A program made the translations under genes and the position numbers. Below the pieces are notes generated by a model, which was not told where the DNA came from, searched no databases, and saw nothing but the letters and a program-made list of their open reading frames with translations. From assembly GCA_050175015.1 (NCBI GenBank), contig JBFXJJ010000004.1:32001-96000 (forward strand): a stretch of DNA of 64,000 nt, written 5' to 3'. Source of the stretch: Alphaproteobacteria bacterium. GTDB lineage: Bacteria; Pseudomonadota; Alphaproteobacteria; JBFXJJ01. Positions 19,701 to 27,210 of this stretch are shown here, one piece after another. Position 1 is the first letter of the stretch; the number at the start of each line of letters is the position of its first letter.

Positions 19701-21394
19701 ATTATGTCTCCATCAGGATTACGAATAAAATCTTCATAACCTTCGATTTGGCCAATTACATTACCATCAGGATCCAACACCCTGCCATTAGGTGCCATTT
19801 TACCAATAGACTTGCCGTTTAAATCAACGACATTGCCACCAGGTAACAATCTTCCAATAATGTTGCCCTTTAAATTTCTTGCTAATTTTTCTTTATTGCC
19901 AACTCTTGCTATGACATTACCATTAGCATCTACCACCGTACCGTCAGGCAGCAATCTTCCTATAACATTGCCATTAGCATCTACCACCGTCCCATCAGGC
20001 ATAGCCCAACCGATAAGATTGCCATTTTCATCATATATTGGAATACCGACACCACCAAGCTCCTGCCCATCAAGACCATATGCTTTGTTAGAACCTGAAC
20101 CAGTTATTCTCCCAAGCTCTGCCCCATCAATCCCAACAATGGAACCATCATCTTGCATATATCCTATAACCGAGCCATCTGGATTGATAATCGTGCCGTC
20201 AGGCATCAAAATGCCTATAGGCTTACCATCTGCTCCATAAATAACCTTACCTGCTTCACGAACACGGCCAATAACCTTACCTGCAAGGTCAACAACGGTA
20301 CCATCACAAAGCATTTTGCCCACGATTTCGCCTTGGCTGTTAATTACAGAACCGTCATCTAATACTTTACCAATAATATTGTTATTATTATCGTATGCTT
20401 GTCCTGCTTCGACAGCCTTTCCGACAATAACGCCATCATCATTAATAACAGTTCCATCAAGCTGAGCAGTTCCTAATTTTTTACCTTCGGCATCAACAGC
20501 ATCGCCATTTTCTAATATTTTACCCGCTATTTGATCATTAACATCACAAAACAACCTTCTATTTTGGGCGACACTTATTAAGTTTCCTAGTAAATCATAT
20601 ACCAGTCCGTCTTCCCCAACTTTACCTATCAAATTGCCATCTAAATCATAAACTTTGCCGTCATCGCCAATAGTTCCCATAATCTGGCCGGTTGGACTCA
20701 TTGCATATCTTGGAACTCTTGAAGAACCTCCCTTATAAGATGCTCCGACATTGAAGGTTCTATCTTTTGCATCTTTGCAAATTAATTTATCAACCGCTCT
20801 TGCCCTTATTAAAACTTTTTCAGCACGATTTTGATTGGAGCCTCCGCCCATTCCCATATCTCTTGCACGTTCACGCCAAACTATTATTATGTTGTTCTGC
20901 ATGGTTTCTGCAACAAGAGGTTCCCAAGTAAAGTCAATATTACAAGTTACCTCATCAGATAAAACTAAACCTGGCTGGCATTTATTGTCATATTTAAAAC
21001 CTTCAGCAGGAGGCTTCGCAAGCTCAATAGAAACGATTTCAACGTTAAGATTGCCATATGTACCAACAGTAAGAACGCTGTCAGCTTTTGTGCCGACAGT
21101 AACATCTCCTAAGTCGACCACCTTCGGAGTATAATTAATTGGAGATCTACGGTCAGTTAAAAGACCGAATTCAAGAGCAGGATCATTTTGTTCAACTTCT
21201 GGAACCAACGGCAAAACATCATCTGTCCCCACAATTTTAATATCTTCATATTGTTCAACCTCTTCACCCCCACCCATAATAAAGGCAAGACCAATGAGGA
21301 AAAAAATCATAGAAATAATGCCTACTATTAAAATAATAGTATTGGTCTTTTTTAAATATATATCCGATGTACTGAGATTATTATCACTACTCAT
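16703..21394 (-). CDS. Membrane-anchored giant beta-repeat protein embedded in the virB operon
   Basis: N-terminal TM helix (TIILIVGIISMIFFLIGLAFIM), an Ig-like segment with a Cys pair (KCQPGLVLSDEVTCNIDFTWEP), then ~1300 aa of 17-aa repeats (DGTVVDANGNVIGRLLP). Its ATG overlaps the virB9 stop. Confidence 0.8.
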   Translation of the reverse strand: MSSDNNLSTSDIYLKKTNTIILIVGIISMIFFLIGLAFIMGGGEEVEQYEDIKIVGTDDVLPLVPEVEQNDPALEFGLLTDRRSPINYTPKVVDLGDVTVGTKADSVLTVGTYGNLNVEIVSIELAKPPAEGFKYDNKCQPGLVLSDEVTCNIDFTWEPLVAETMQNNIIIVWRERARDMGMGGGSNQNRAEKVLIRARAVDKLICKDAKDRTFNVGASYKGGSSRVPRYAMSPTGQIMGTIGDDGKVYDLDGNLIGKVGEDGLVYDLLGNLISVAQNRRLFCDVNDQIAGKILENGDAVDAEGKKLGTAQLDGTVINDDGVIVGKAVEAGQAYDNNNNIIGKVLDDGSVINSQGEIVGKMLCDGTVVDLAGKVIGRVREAGKVIYGADGKPIGILMPDGTIINPDGSVIGYMQDDGSIVGIDGAELGRITGSGSNKAYGLDGQELGGVGIPIYDENGNLIGWAMPDGTVVDANGNVIGRLLPDGTVVDANGNVIARVGNKEKLARNLKGNIIGRLLPGGNVVDLNGKSIGKMAPNGRVLDPDGNVIGQIEGYEDFIRNPDGDIIGRVLTDGTALDLNGKVIGKANDDGSVVDLNGKEIGRLGIPIYDENGNIIGWALPDGTVVDANGNVIGRLLPDGTVVDANGNIIGRIGSQDYARDLNGNIIGRLGPDNKVLDMNGNIIGNMKPNGTVVDLDGNVIGQVDGNEKFVFDPDGNIIGRVLPNGKVVGLNGEEIGLLGADDQFVRDVNGNIIGRVLPDGTVVDLDGNVIGKMLPDGSIVDLDGNAIGYLDMKDRLACDLNDQVIGTAKADSSVVDFEGNVIGAVRKDDKIVDTRGRVIGGICLGTPVYDENGKLIGRVMPNGDVVDLNGNVIGKRDKDGLIVDLDGSVIGHTQKDEQIVRDDNGKIIGKVLENGDVVDGKGNIIGNMLPDGRIVGLDKQIIGGLAPTGIAIGPGGKFVGRILPDGRVNDRENATIGRVRYDGAILDSNEQVVGQAVSGGPVVDMGCDMRGVVNDNGEIIGEKAKIVGRILFDGTAEDLSGNYFGSLMPMGKVVAVGCRVIGDVRVNGKVYNEKGDVIGCVNSNGSVTDHNNDIIGGVVDKGAVAVGLDGVVLGKVREDGIVENKKQEQLGCANFEGDVFAKNGAYVGRVLKDGFGFTSDGRALGGLKDDGQIGEATGNGVMRTMPDGTIINEKGEALGGFIESRRYITDFNGEVLGQFLADGTVYDKKGIKIGSIYGDGLGFYRGIIGKPTLYGTAIKMDTSLYGVTNYNAKVVNRKGEVLGRVLPDGLVLQNDGSIIGGVVSKGVVIGADGIYLGNALSDGMVVNPNGMIVGSVAPDGIVLSNRGQIIGKVVEEGIAIDTDGEVVGRILSDGNAVSKIGNKLGTMLPNGVVMDNLGFKMPRGVVVDHGGEIIGIATPSGSVLDKKGLEIGKVLSDGMVMTETNMVIGKVINRGMAIDAEGKVIGIVRINGQIIDTNNNIIGRALPDNTVVNLIGNVIGGVLPIGSVVMGQDGKIIGRVMLDGSVARSDGKNVGLIRGDGTFVNLEGKVEGRIVTQLSSILRR
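19440..20045 (-). repeat. Intragenic 51-bp tandem units and a 459-bp higher-order duplication
   Basis: CCATTAGCATCTACCACCGT occurs at 19920 and 19971; ATCATATATTGGAAT occurs at 19571 and 20030. Confidence 0.8.
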
Positions 21395-22845
21395 CGCGTT
21401 CTTACGACATTACATGAGATCCCTCTGCGAGCAAGATTTTCACAAAGAATGTCGCCTTCATTAAGGGTTTTTATCGGTCCTATTCTTAAATAAAAAGTTT
21501 CTTTTCCTGAGCCATCGGCTGGAGTATCTACAGAATAAAATGGTTCATAACCTTGAAGTAAATCCTTGTTCTGAGCTTCAATACTAGTCCACATTTTTTC
21601 TAAGTTAGCAACATTAGTATCCGATGATATTTCAATCGAAATATTGTTTCTTATCGCCATACTTTCGGTTTTTTCTCTGCTTACAAAAAATGCTGGTCCA
21701 ACATTTGAATCTCTAACTAAATCCATTCCGTTTTGAACATATTGAGCATTTGCCATATCTTGGGCAGCCGCAACCTTATGCAGCGATGACAATTCTGGTT
21801 CAGGAACGTCCCAAGCCGAAATAGCACTATTGTCATATTCAACCATATCAAGCCCAAAAGCAGGGTCTTTTCTAAGTTTTAGACATACTATTTTAGCCCC
21901 ATTCCTTAGAACCATATCGCCAACGGCTTCAACAACAATTAATCGACCGTATTTTCCTCTCGTTCTAAAGCCGACAGGAACCTCGCTTTTCTGCACAATT
22001 AAATTAACCACAGGCCTTTGCAGCATATTAAGAGCTTTAGGACCTAAATCAATGTAGGTAAAAATATCATCTCTCCATACTCTCTCTGGAGCAATATCAA
22101 CATCTGTAGGGTTGATAACGTAAACCTCTATATCAAATTTTATTTTTTCAGGGTCTACAGGAACATCACTCCACCAATTGCCTTTTTTATTATCACTCTG
22201 AGAATTTTTGCCGCCTTTAGCGCCACCAGCTCCTCCGAATGAAACTGAATTTGGAGTAGAGCCTGCAACCTGAACGCTGCCTTGCAATGGATTGTCTTCA
22301 TCCGATACTTCAATATCAACAACTAAATGTGTCAGCCTTTCCGTGTTGATACCTTCGCTTCGTACATAAAAAACATACTTATTACCTGAACGACCTATCA
22401 AAACGATATTAGAGTCAACGCCAGCTGGCATTCCTGTTGCTGGCATAACTAAAATCTGATTGTGAGAAATCTGCTGTGCTGAGAAACTGCCAGAATCACC
22501 GACCCAAGCATCTTGAATATATTCCCAATCTGGAAAATTGATTAAGGTTATCATAGACTGCCGGATTCTTATCGGCATAATCGTTCCATTGGTCCAAACA
22601 TATCTAGAATATGCAGGCTTAGTCTGACCTTCGCCCATATTGCGAAGCGGATCAAGCCAAGCTTTCTGTGTCATACCTAAGCTATAGCCCATATAGTCAA
22701 GATTCATAGGCTGATAAACCCCCTGAGATTCATTTATCTGAGTATCAACTTGATCTAAACTTTGAGAAATAGATAACGATGGTTTGATTACAAAACCAAC
22801 CAAAACTATCAAAAATAAAATTTTTAACCTTATCTTAGCCATCAT
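21391..22845 (-). CDS. virB9: VirB9/TrbG/CagX-family protein with C-terminal SPOR domain
   Basis: Signal peptide; ITLINFP..EYIQDAWVGDS, SNIVLIGRSGNKYVF, IAPERVWRDDIFTYID and MVLRNGAKIVCL; C-terminal FYLRIGPI...LCENLARRGISC. Confidence 0.82.
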   Translation of the reverse strand: MMAKIRLKILFLIVLVGFVIKPSLSISQSLDQVDTQINESQGVYQPMNLDYMGYSLGMTQKAWLDPLRNMGEGQTKPAYSRYVWTNGTIMPIRIRQSMITLINFPDWEYIQDAWVGDSGSFSAQQISHNQILVMPATGMPAGVDSNIVLIGRSGNKYVFYVRSEGINTERLTHLVVDIEVSDEDNPLQGSVQVAGSTPNSVSFGGAGGAKGGKNSQSDNKKGNWWSDVPVDPEKIKFDIEVYVINPTDVDIAPERVWRDDIFTYIDLGPKALNMLQRPVVNLIVQKSEVPVGFRTRGKYGRLIVVEAVGDMVLRNGAKIVCLKLRKDPAFGLDMVEYDNSAISAWDVPEPELSSLHKVAAAQDMANAQYVQNGMDLVRDSNVGPAFFVSREKTESMAIRNNISIEISSDTNVANLEKMWTSIEAQNKDLLQGYEPFYSVDTPADGSGKETFYLRIGPIKTLNEGDILCENLARRGISCNVVRTR

Positions 22846-22852
22846 TATTTAC

Positions 22853-23563
22853 CTATTTAATGCTGCCGCCCATTGATGTTCCATCATTACGTCTAAAAGA
22901 AAACTCTACAACCGTAAAGCCTAAAGGATTTTTTAAACGCTCCTCAAAGGGAACTCGTTTTCTTCTAAAAATTATTCTCAACTGCGCTGTCCAATTTGTT
23001 ATTGTTGGGACTTCGGTTGTCGGCGTAATATCTGTCGTTTCATATTCCACCTGCCAAATTCCTTTGGACAGTTCATTTGAACTTAGTATTTTTACATCTC
23101 TTGTGAGTTTTTGACTACTTATTATTGCTAAAACCTTTTTCGCATTTTCTAAAAAGGATTGATAAACTGCTGGTGCTGACATTTCTTGCATTGGACCGTT
23201 ATCAAGCCATCTTGCTTTCATTTCTTCCATATCATCAACAAAAGTATTGCTGATGAGAATATACTGGCGAACAAACGCCTCAGAAACAGTTCTGTTTCCT
23301 GTCAAATCAACTGCGTGTCTAATATTTACAATCTGTCTTTCTTTGTTGCTAAACGTCACCAAAAAAGGCTCTATTCTTACAAGAGGTACTATTTGGAAAA
23401 TTGTAATAATTAAAACTATATTGCACAAAAAACTGACAACAGAAACAAGAGCGAAGGCTCTTGCTGTCCACAAATAACGTCTTTCAGCTAAACTTTCCGC
23501 AGAATAGCTGCTCAAGTATTCACTATCTTGAGAACCGTTTTCTTGTTCAATTTCTTGCATCAA
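22853..23563 (-). CDS. virB8: VirB8-family protein
   Basis: Single TM, PLVRIEPFLV, EAFVRQYI and C-terminal KNPLGFTVVEF (NPxG motif). Confidence 0.85.
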   Translation of the reverse strand: MMQEIEQENGSQDSEYLSSYSAESLAERRYLWTARAFALVSVVSFLCNIVLIITIFQIVPLVRIEPFLVTFSNKERQIVNIRHAVDLTGNRTVSEAFVRQYILISNTFVDDMEEMKARWLDNGPMQEMSAPAVYQSFLENAKKVLAIISSQKLTRDVKILSSNELSKGIWQVEYETTDITPTTEVPTITNWTAQLRIIFRRKRVPFEERLKNPLGFTVVEFSFRRNDGTSMGGSIK

Positions 23564-23570
23564 TAAAACC

Positions 23571-23771
23571 TTAAACTGCGGCTTCAGTTAACCATTCAGG
23601 AAGTCCTGGAAGCATCTCAACTGGCATACAAGCACAAGGAGAAACTTTTAATTCCGCAGGATCTTTACCAAAACTTACTGGCTCAGGTTCATAGATTGAA
23701 CCTGGGATACAAGAGGTACATAAAAAAACCGAAATAAGTAACAAAAATTTTTTCAACATAATTCTCACCAA
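23571..23771 (-). CDS. virB7: Small lipoprotein, VirB7-like
   Basis: Lipobox-like LCTSC and LKVSPCAC motif; about 60 aa; immediately upstream of virB8-virB9. Confidence 0.6.
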   Translation of the reverse strand: MVRIMLKKFLLLISVFLCTSCIPGSIYEPEPVSFGKDPAELKVSPCACMPVEMLPGLPEWLTEAAV

Positions 23772-23993
23772 AATGTTATATAACTCCCTAATAATAATTA
23801 ACTTATTTCAGAGATATTTGTCTACAAGCAGCAACGTAGCCTTTAAGCTAAACTTTATATTTTTTCTTTTTTTAGTATAGCTGCAAGGATTTAGAGGTAT
23901 TGCAGCTTTAAAAAACAAAACTTTAAACCTGTGGATAAACTTTGATTTTTAAAGAATTTTTAAGCTTTTAGCTTCGAATCTTTTCGAATCTGA

Positions 23994-24710
23994 TTAATTG
24001 TTAGTTACAACTTCAGACTGAGCATATCTTGTAACAGTAAAACCTAGCGGATTTAAAAGCAAATTAGTATAAAGCCTGCGATCTTTCCTAAAAATACATT
24101 CAACAGAAGCTGTCCAATTTCTTATAATGGGTTTCATTAAGGCTTCTTGCATATCATATGTTTTAAAATCAACCTGCCAAACAGCACTTCGACCTATCCT
24201 TTTTACTCCTACAATTTTTACTTCTCTGTTACTATGCTGCTCTAGAAATTTAATAATTCCTTTTTTATCCATTCGGTATTTTCTATAAATTTGAGGCGTA
24301 GATAAGAAGAAAACTATTCCTCCTGGAGAAAGCAGGCGAACCATTTCTCCTGGATCTTCAACAATAGTATTCAGAGATTCAACAAAAAGTCTTATAAAAT
24401 TCTCGCGGACAATTTCTTTAGATGGAATGTTAGGATTTGCATGTTCAATACGAGCAATATCCTTAGATTCTTTAAAATCAAGTAAAAACAATGGATCAAC
24501 ATCTATCTGCGGGACAATTTGAAGCAATGATAATGAAAACAAAACATTTCCAACTAACATAACCATTGCTAAAAGGGTAAATAAACGCGCCAGCCACATG
24601 TAATACATGCGGCGTGGCGGTATATTTTCTTCTCTTCCCATACCAAGAAAACTTAAAGGAAGATTTGGTTTAACGTTATTGTCAGTAACAAGTACTGAAT
24701 TTTCGGCCAT
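23994..24710 (-). CDS. virB8: Second VirB8-family protein
   Basis: Single TM, ENFIRLFV, VWQVDFKTYD and LNPLGFTVTRY. Confidence 0.82.
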   Translation of the reverse strand: MAENSVLVTDNNVKPNLPLSFLGMGREENIPPRRMYYMWLARLFTLLAMVMLVGNVLFSLSLLQIVPQIDVDPLFLLDFKESKDIARIEHANPNIPSKEIVRENFIRLFVESLNTIVEDPGEMVRLLSPGGIVFFLSTPQIYRKYRMDKKGIIKFLEQHSNREVKIVGVKRIGRSAVWQVDFKTYDMQEALMKPIIRNWTASVECIFRKDRRLYTNLLLNPLGFTVTRYAQSEVVTNN

Positions 24711-24736
24711 TACTTAACTCTTTCTAAAATATTCCT

Positions 24737-26320
24737 TTAGAATGATGAACAACCTGTATCAATACCCATTCCTTCTAAAAGAGCAATTACTTGAGCGTCT
24801 AATTGAGCATCAAATTCTAAACTTTCTAAACGTTCTTGTAAATTAGTTAAAATAGCCTCTTTTATTTCGTCAGCAGAATCATCAGCAATGTTATCTGTAA
24901 TGCTGAGCATAGCTTCAGTATCAGCACCAAGTGCACTAAAGATTGATTCCACAACATTTGCCCTGCTCTCAACAACATCATCTATAGTGCTGTCAAGAAC
25001 GCCTGTAGCATTAGATGCAATTTCATCGTCAATATTTGTAAGCATATCTTCAACTGAAGCCAAGCTAGCTTCTTTATATGCCTTCAAAGCAGCAACAGCT
25101 TCTTCAAATTTAGTTGCATCAATAACTTCTAAACCACTAGAAATGTTATTATAGCCAAATTTTGAAAGTTCAGCCTTAAGTGTAACATCTAGTTCAGCAA
25201 GTGCTTTTTCGGCATTATCTCTAACTTCATGAAGCATCATTTCCTGTTTTCTAAGCTTCATCCATTTACTAATGCGATTTTCATCTAAGCAGTTATTAGA
25301 ATTATTTTCACAAACCTTATAATCATTCCTATTAGAACTTACGCTGAGTTTAACATCTTGATCAACAAGAATATCACTTGAATCATAATTCTTGCTTAAA
25401 TCATAAATTTGACCAAACTCACCCTTGTCCTCAAGCTTAGTGTACTCACCATAAAGTTTTTCACCTGTGGCAAGATTAAAATAAAGCGTCCAAGTATCAG
25501 GCATACCAGAATAAGGTGTTAAACTAGCATTGTTTTCATAAGGTTCAAAATAAACAAACTCCTTATATGGAGGCAACGGTGTTGTCAGAACTTTTTCTTG
25601 GTTAATCCCCGTAGTAGCTCCGCAACTAGCTGTCTTAGTTGGGTGACCAAACTCATCATAATCATAATAAGGGTCTTTTTTACACTTACTATATTGATCA
25701 TAAAGTTCTTGTTGATCTTCCCATAATGGGAATTTATTTTTTACATCTCCCCACTTGCTTTGATCGGCATACAAATCTACTAATAAATCTTTGCCAACAT
25801 TCCAAAACAAACGATCATGTTCTTTCATTTCTGCATCGGTAGCAGTACCTGCATCATAATCCATTTTGGCAAGTTCTTGATTGTATTTTTTTATCGCCTG
25901 CCCTGTAAGTCCGCCTCTTAATGCATATTCATTAGCTTCTGCACCGTCCATATTTTTACCATACCAAACTTCATCAGGATTAGAATAATATGTAGAAAGG
26001 CGAGCAATAGAACAAGCATCATTTAGCCTTAAGGCTTCTAGTGCAGCATTGTGTTCCTCAATGTTCTGTTGGTATCTTTCGATAAGAGCAACATCATCAT
26101 ACAATGTATTAAGCGTATTGTGAGCTTCCATTGCATCTTGAATTGTTTCTCTTGCCTCTGTGATATAATCTAAAACATTGGCTTTCTCTGGATTAGTAGC
26201 AACCTCTTTGGCTGTAACAAAAGAGAACCCGCTACTTGAGGCAGCTTCAATATTTTTAGCTGGAATAGAAATAGCTGTTATCAATGCTACTGTTAAAAAT
26301 AATCGATTTTTATACCACAT
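24737..26320 (-). CDS. Exported hypothetical protein, acidic and helical, in the virB operon
   Basis: Signal peptide ending IEA; several Cys pairs; I recognise no family. Confidence 0.6.
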   Translation of the reverse strand: MWYKNRLFLTVALITAISIPAKNIEAASSSGFSFVTAKEVATNPEKANVLDYITEARETIQDAMEAHNTLNTLYDDVALIERYQQNIEEHNAALEALRLNDACSIARLSTYYSNPDEVWYGKNMDGAEANEYALRGGLTGQAIKKYNQELAKMDYDAGTATDAEMKEHDRLFWNVGKDLLVDLYADQSKWGDVKNKFPLWEDQQELYDQYSKCKKDPYYDYDEFGHPTKTASCGATTGINQEKVLTTPLPPYKEFVYFEPYENNASLTPYSGMPDTWTLYFNLATGEKLYGEYTKLEDKGEFGQIYDLSKNYDSSDILVDQDVKLSVSSNRNDYKVCENNSNNCLDENRISKWMKLRKQEMMLHEVRDNAEKALAELDVTLKAELSKFGYNNISSGLEVIDATKFEEAVAALKAYKEASLASVEDMLTNIDDEIASNATGVLDSTIDDVVESRANVVESIFSALGADTEAMLSITDNIADDSADEIKEAILTNLQERLESLEFDAQLDAQVIALLEGMGIDTGCSSF

Positions 26321-26349
26321 TTCCTTAGCTCCTTAAAAGTAATCCATAA

Positions 26350-27195
26350 TTATTGAAGCGACTGCAAAACTGGCGCATCTGACGGATTAGAATTCAACAA
26401 CATTTTCTTAAATGACTCACGACGTTGTTTTATAGCTTCCAACTCATTTTTCTGTGTTAAAACCTTGTTTAAAAGAGCTTTTGCTAAAACATTGGTTTTA
26501 GTAATCGTATTTAAATCGGCAGCTTCATCTATCTGTTCAACAAGAGCATCTATCTGATCTCTAGTATTATCCAAGTCTTTTTGAATAATAGCCAACCTAG
26601 AAAAGATACTAATAGCATCAACTTGGCTCGTTTGCTGTCTCATTAGCATTTGATGAGAAACTTCATCAAGAGTGCCAGAAATTTTTGTTGTGAAACTACC
26701 TTCAACAGCAGAACCGACACTAAGAGGATCCTCTAAATCAATGCTTGAACCACTTGATTTCAAACCGCTAATAGTAGCACTAAAAGCACTATCAGAAGAA
26801 ACACTACTCTTCAAAAGAGAAAGTTCTGGTACGCCTGTGATTTCCTCATTGTCGCCCATAACACCTTTTCTTAAATAAGTATTATAATCTGAAACTTTCT
26901 TTTCTAAATCGTTGTCTCTCTCATCAGCAAGATCTGTTCTCTTTTTGGCTGTATTTATAGCTTTTGTTTCTTTAAAGTCTAAAGGCTTATTGGCCTCCAG
27001 AGCCATACAAAACTGACAACAAATACAAGCGCATGATGTACAGGGGTATGGGCAACAGCACCATATTACTATACACAAATTACAAGCGAACGAACTTTTC
27101 AATGGTATTGATACCATCATTAAAAGTGCTGCTAAAAAACTTAACATTTTGCGACGCATGGCTTTGCTCCAATAAACTTTGTTTAACTTTTTCAA
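26350..27195 (-). CDS. Exported VirB5-like protein with a Cys-rich N-terminal module
   Basis: Signal peptide, CNLCIVIWCCCPYPCTSCACICCQFC, and C-terminal TRDQIDALVEQIDEAADLNTITKTN resembling VirB5 helices. Confidence 0.55.
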   Translation of the reverse strand: MKKLNKVYWSKAMRRKMLSFLAALLMMVSIPLKSSFACNLCIVIWCCCPYPCTSCACICCQFCMALEANKPLDFKETKAINTAKKRTDLADERDNDLEKKVSDYNTYLRKGVMGDNEEITGVPELSLLKSSVSSDSAFSATISGLKSSGSSIDLEDPLSVGSAVEGSFTTKISGTLDEVSHQMLMRQQTSQVDAISIFSRLAIIQKDLDNTRDQIDALVEQIDEAADLNTITKTNVLAKALLNKVLTQKNELEAIKQRRESFKKMLLNSNPSDAPVLQSLQ

Positions 27196-27210
27196 AATAA
27201 ACTTTTACTA

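Noticed and set aside
11489-21134. Many plus-strand ORFs of 60-279 aa rich in P/I/T/S opposite the giant repeat genes
   Set aside because: Antisense shadows of the Gly/Val/Asp/Ile repeat codons, with no independent coding signal.
16703-21394. Periodic DNA that might be a CRISPR array or non-coding repeat
   Set aside because: The units are degenerate, multiples of three and in frame; there is no constant repeat with unique spacers and no cas gene.
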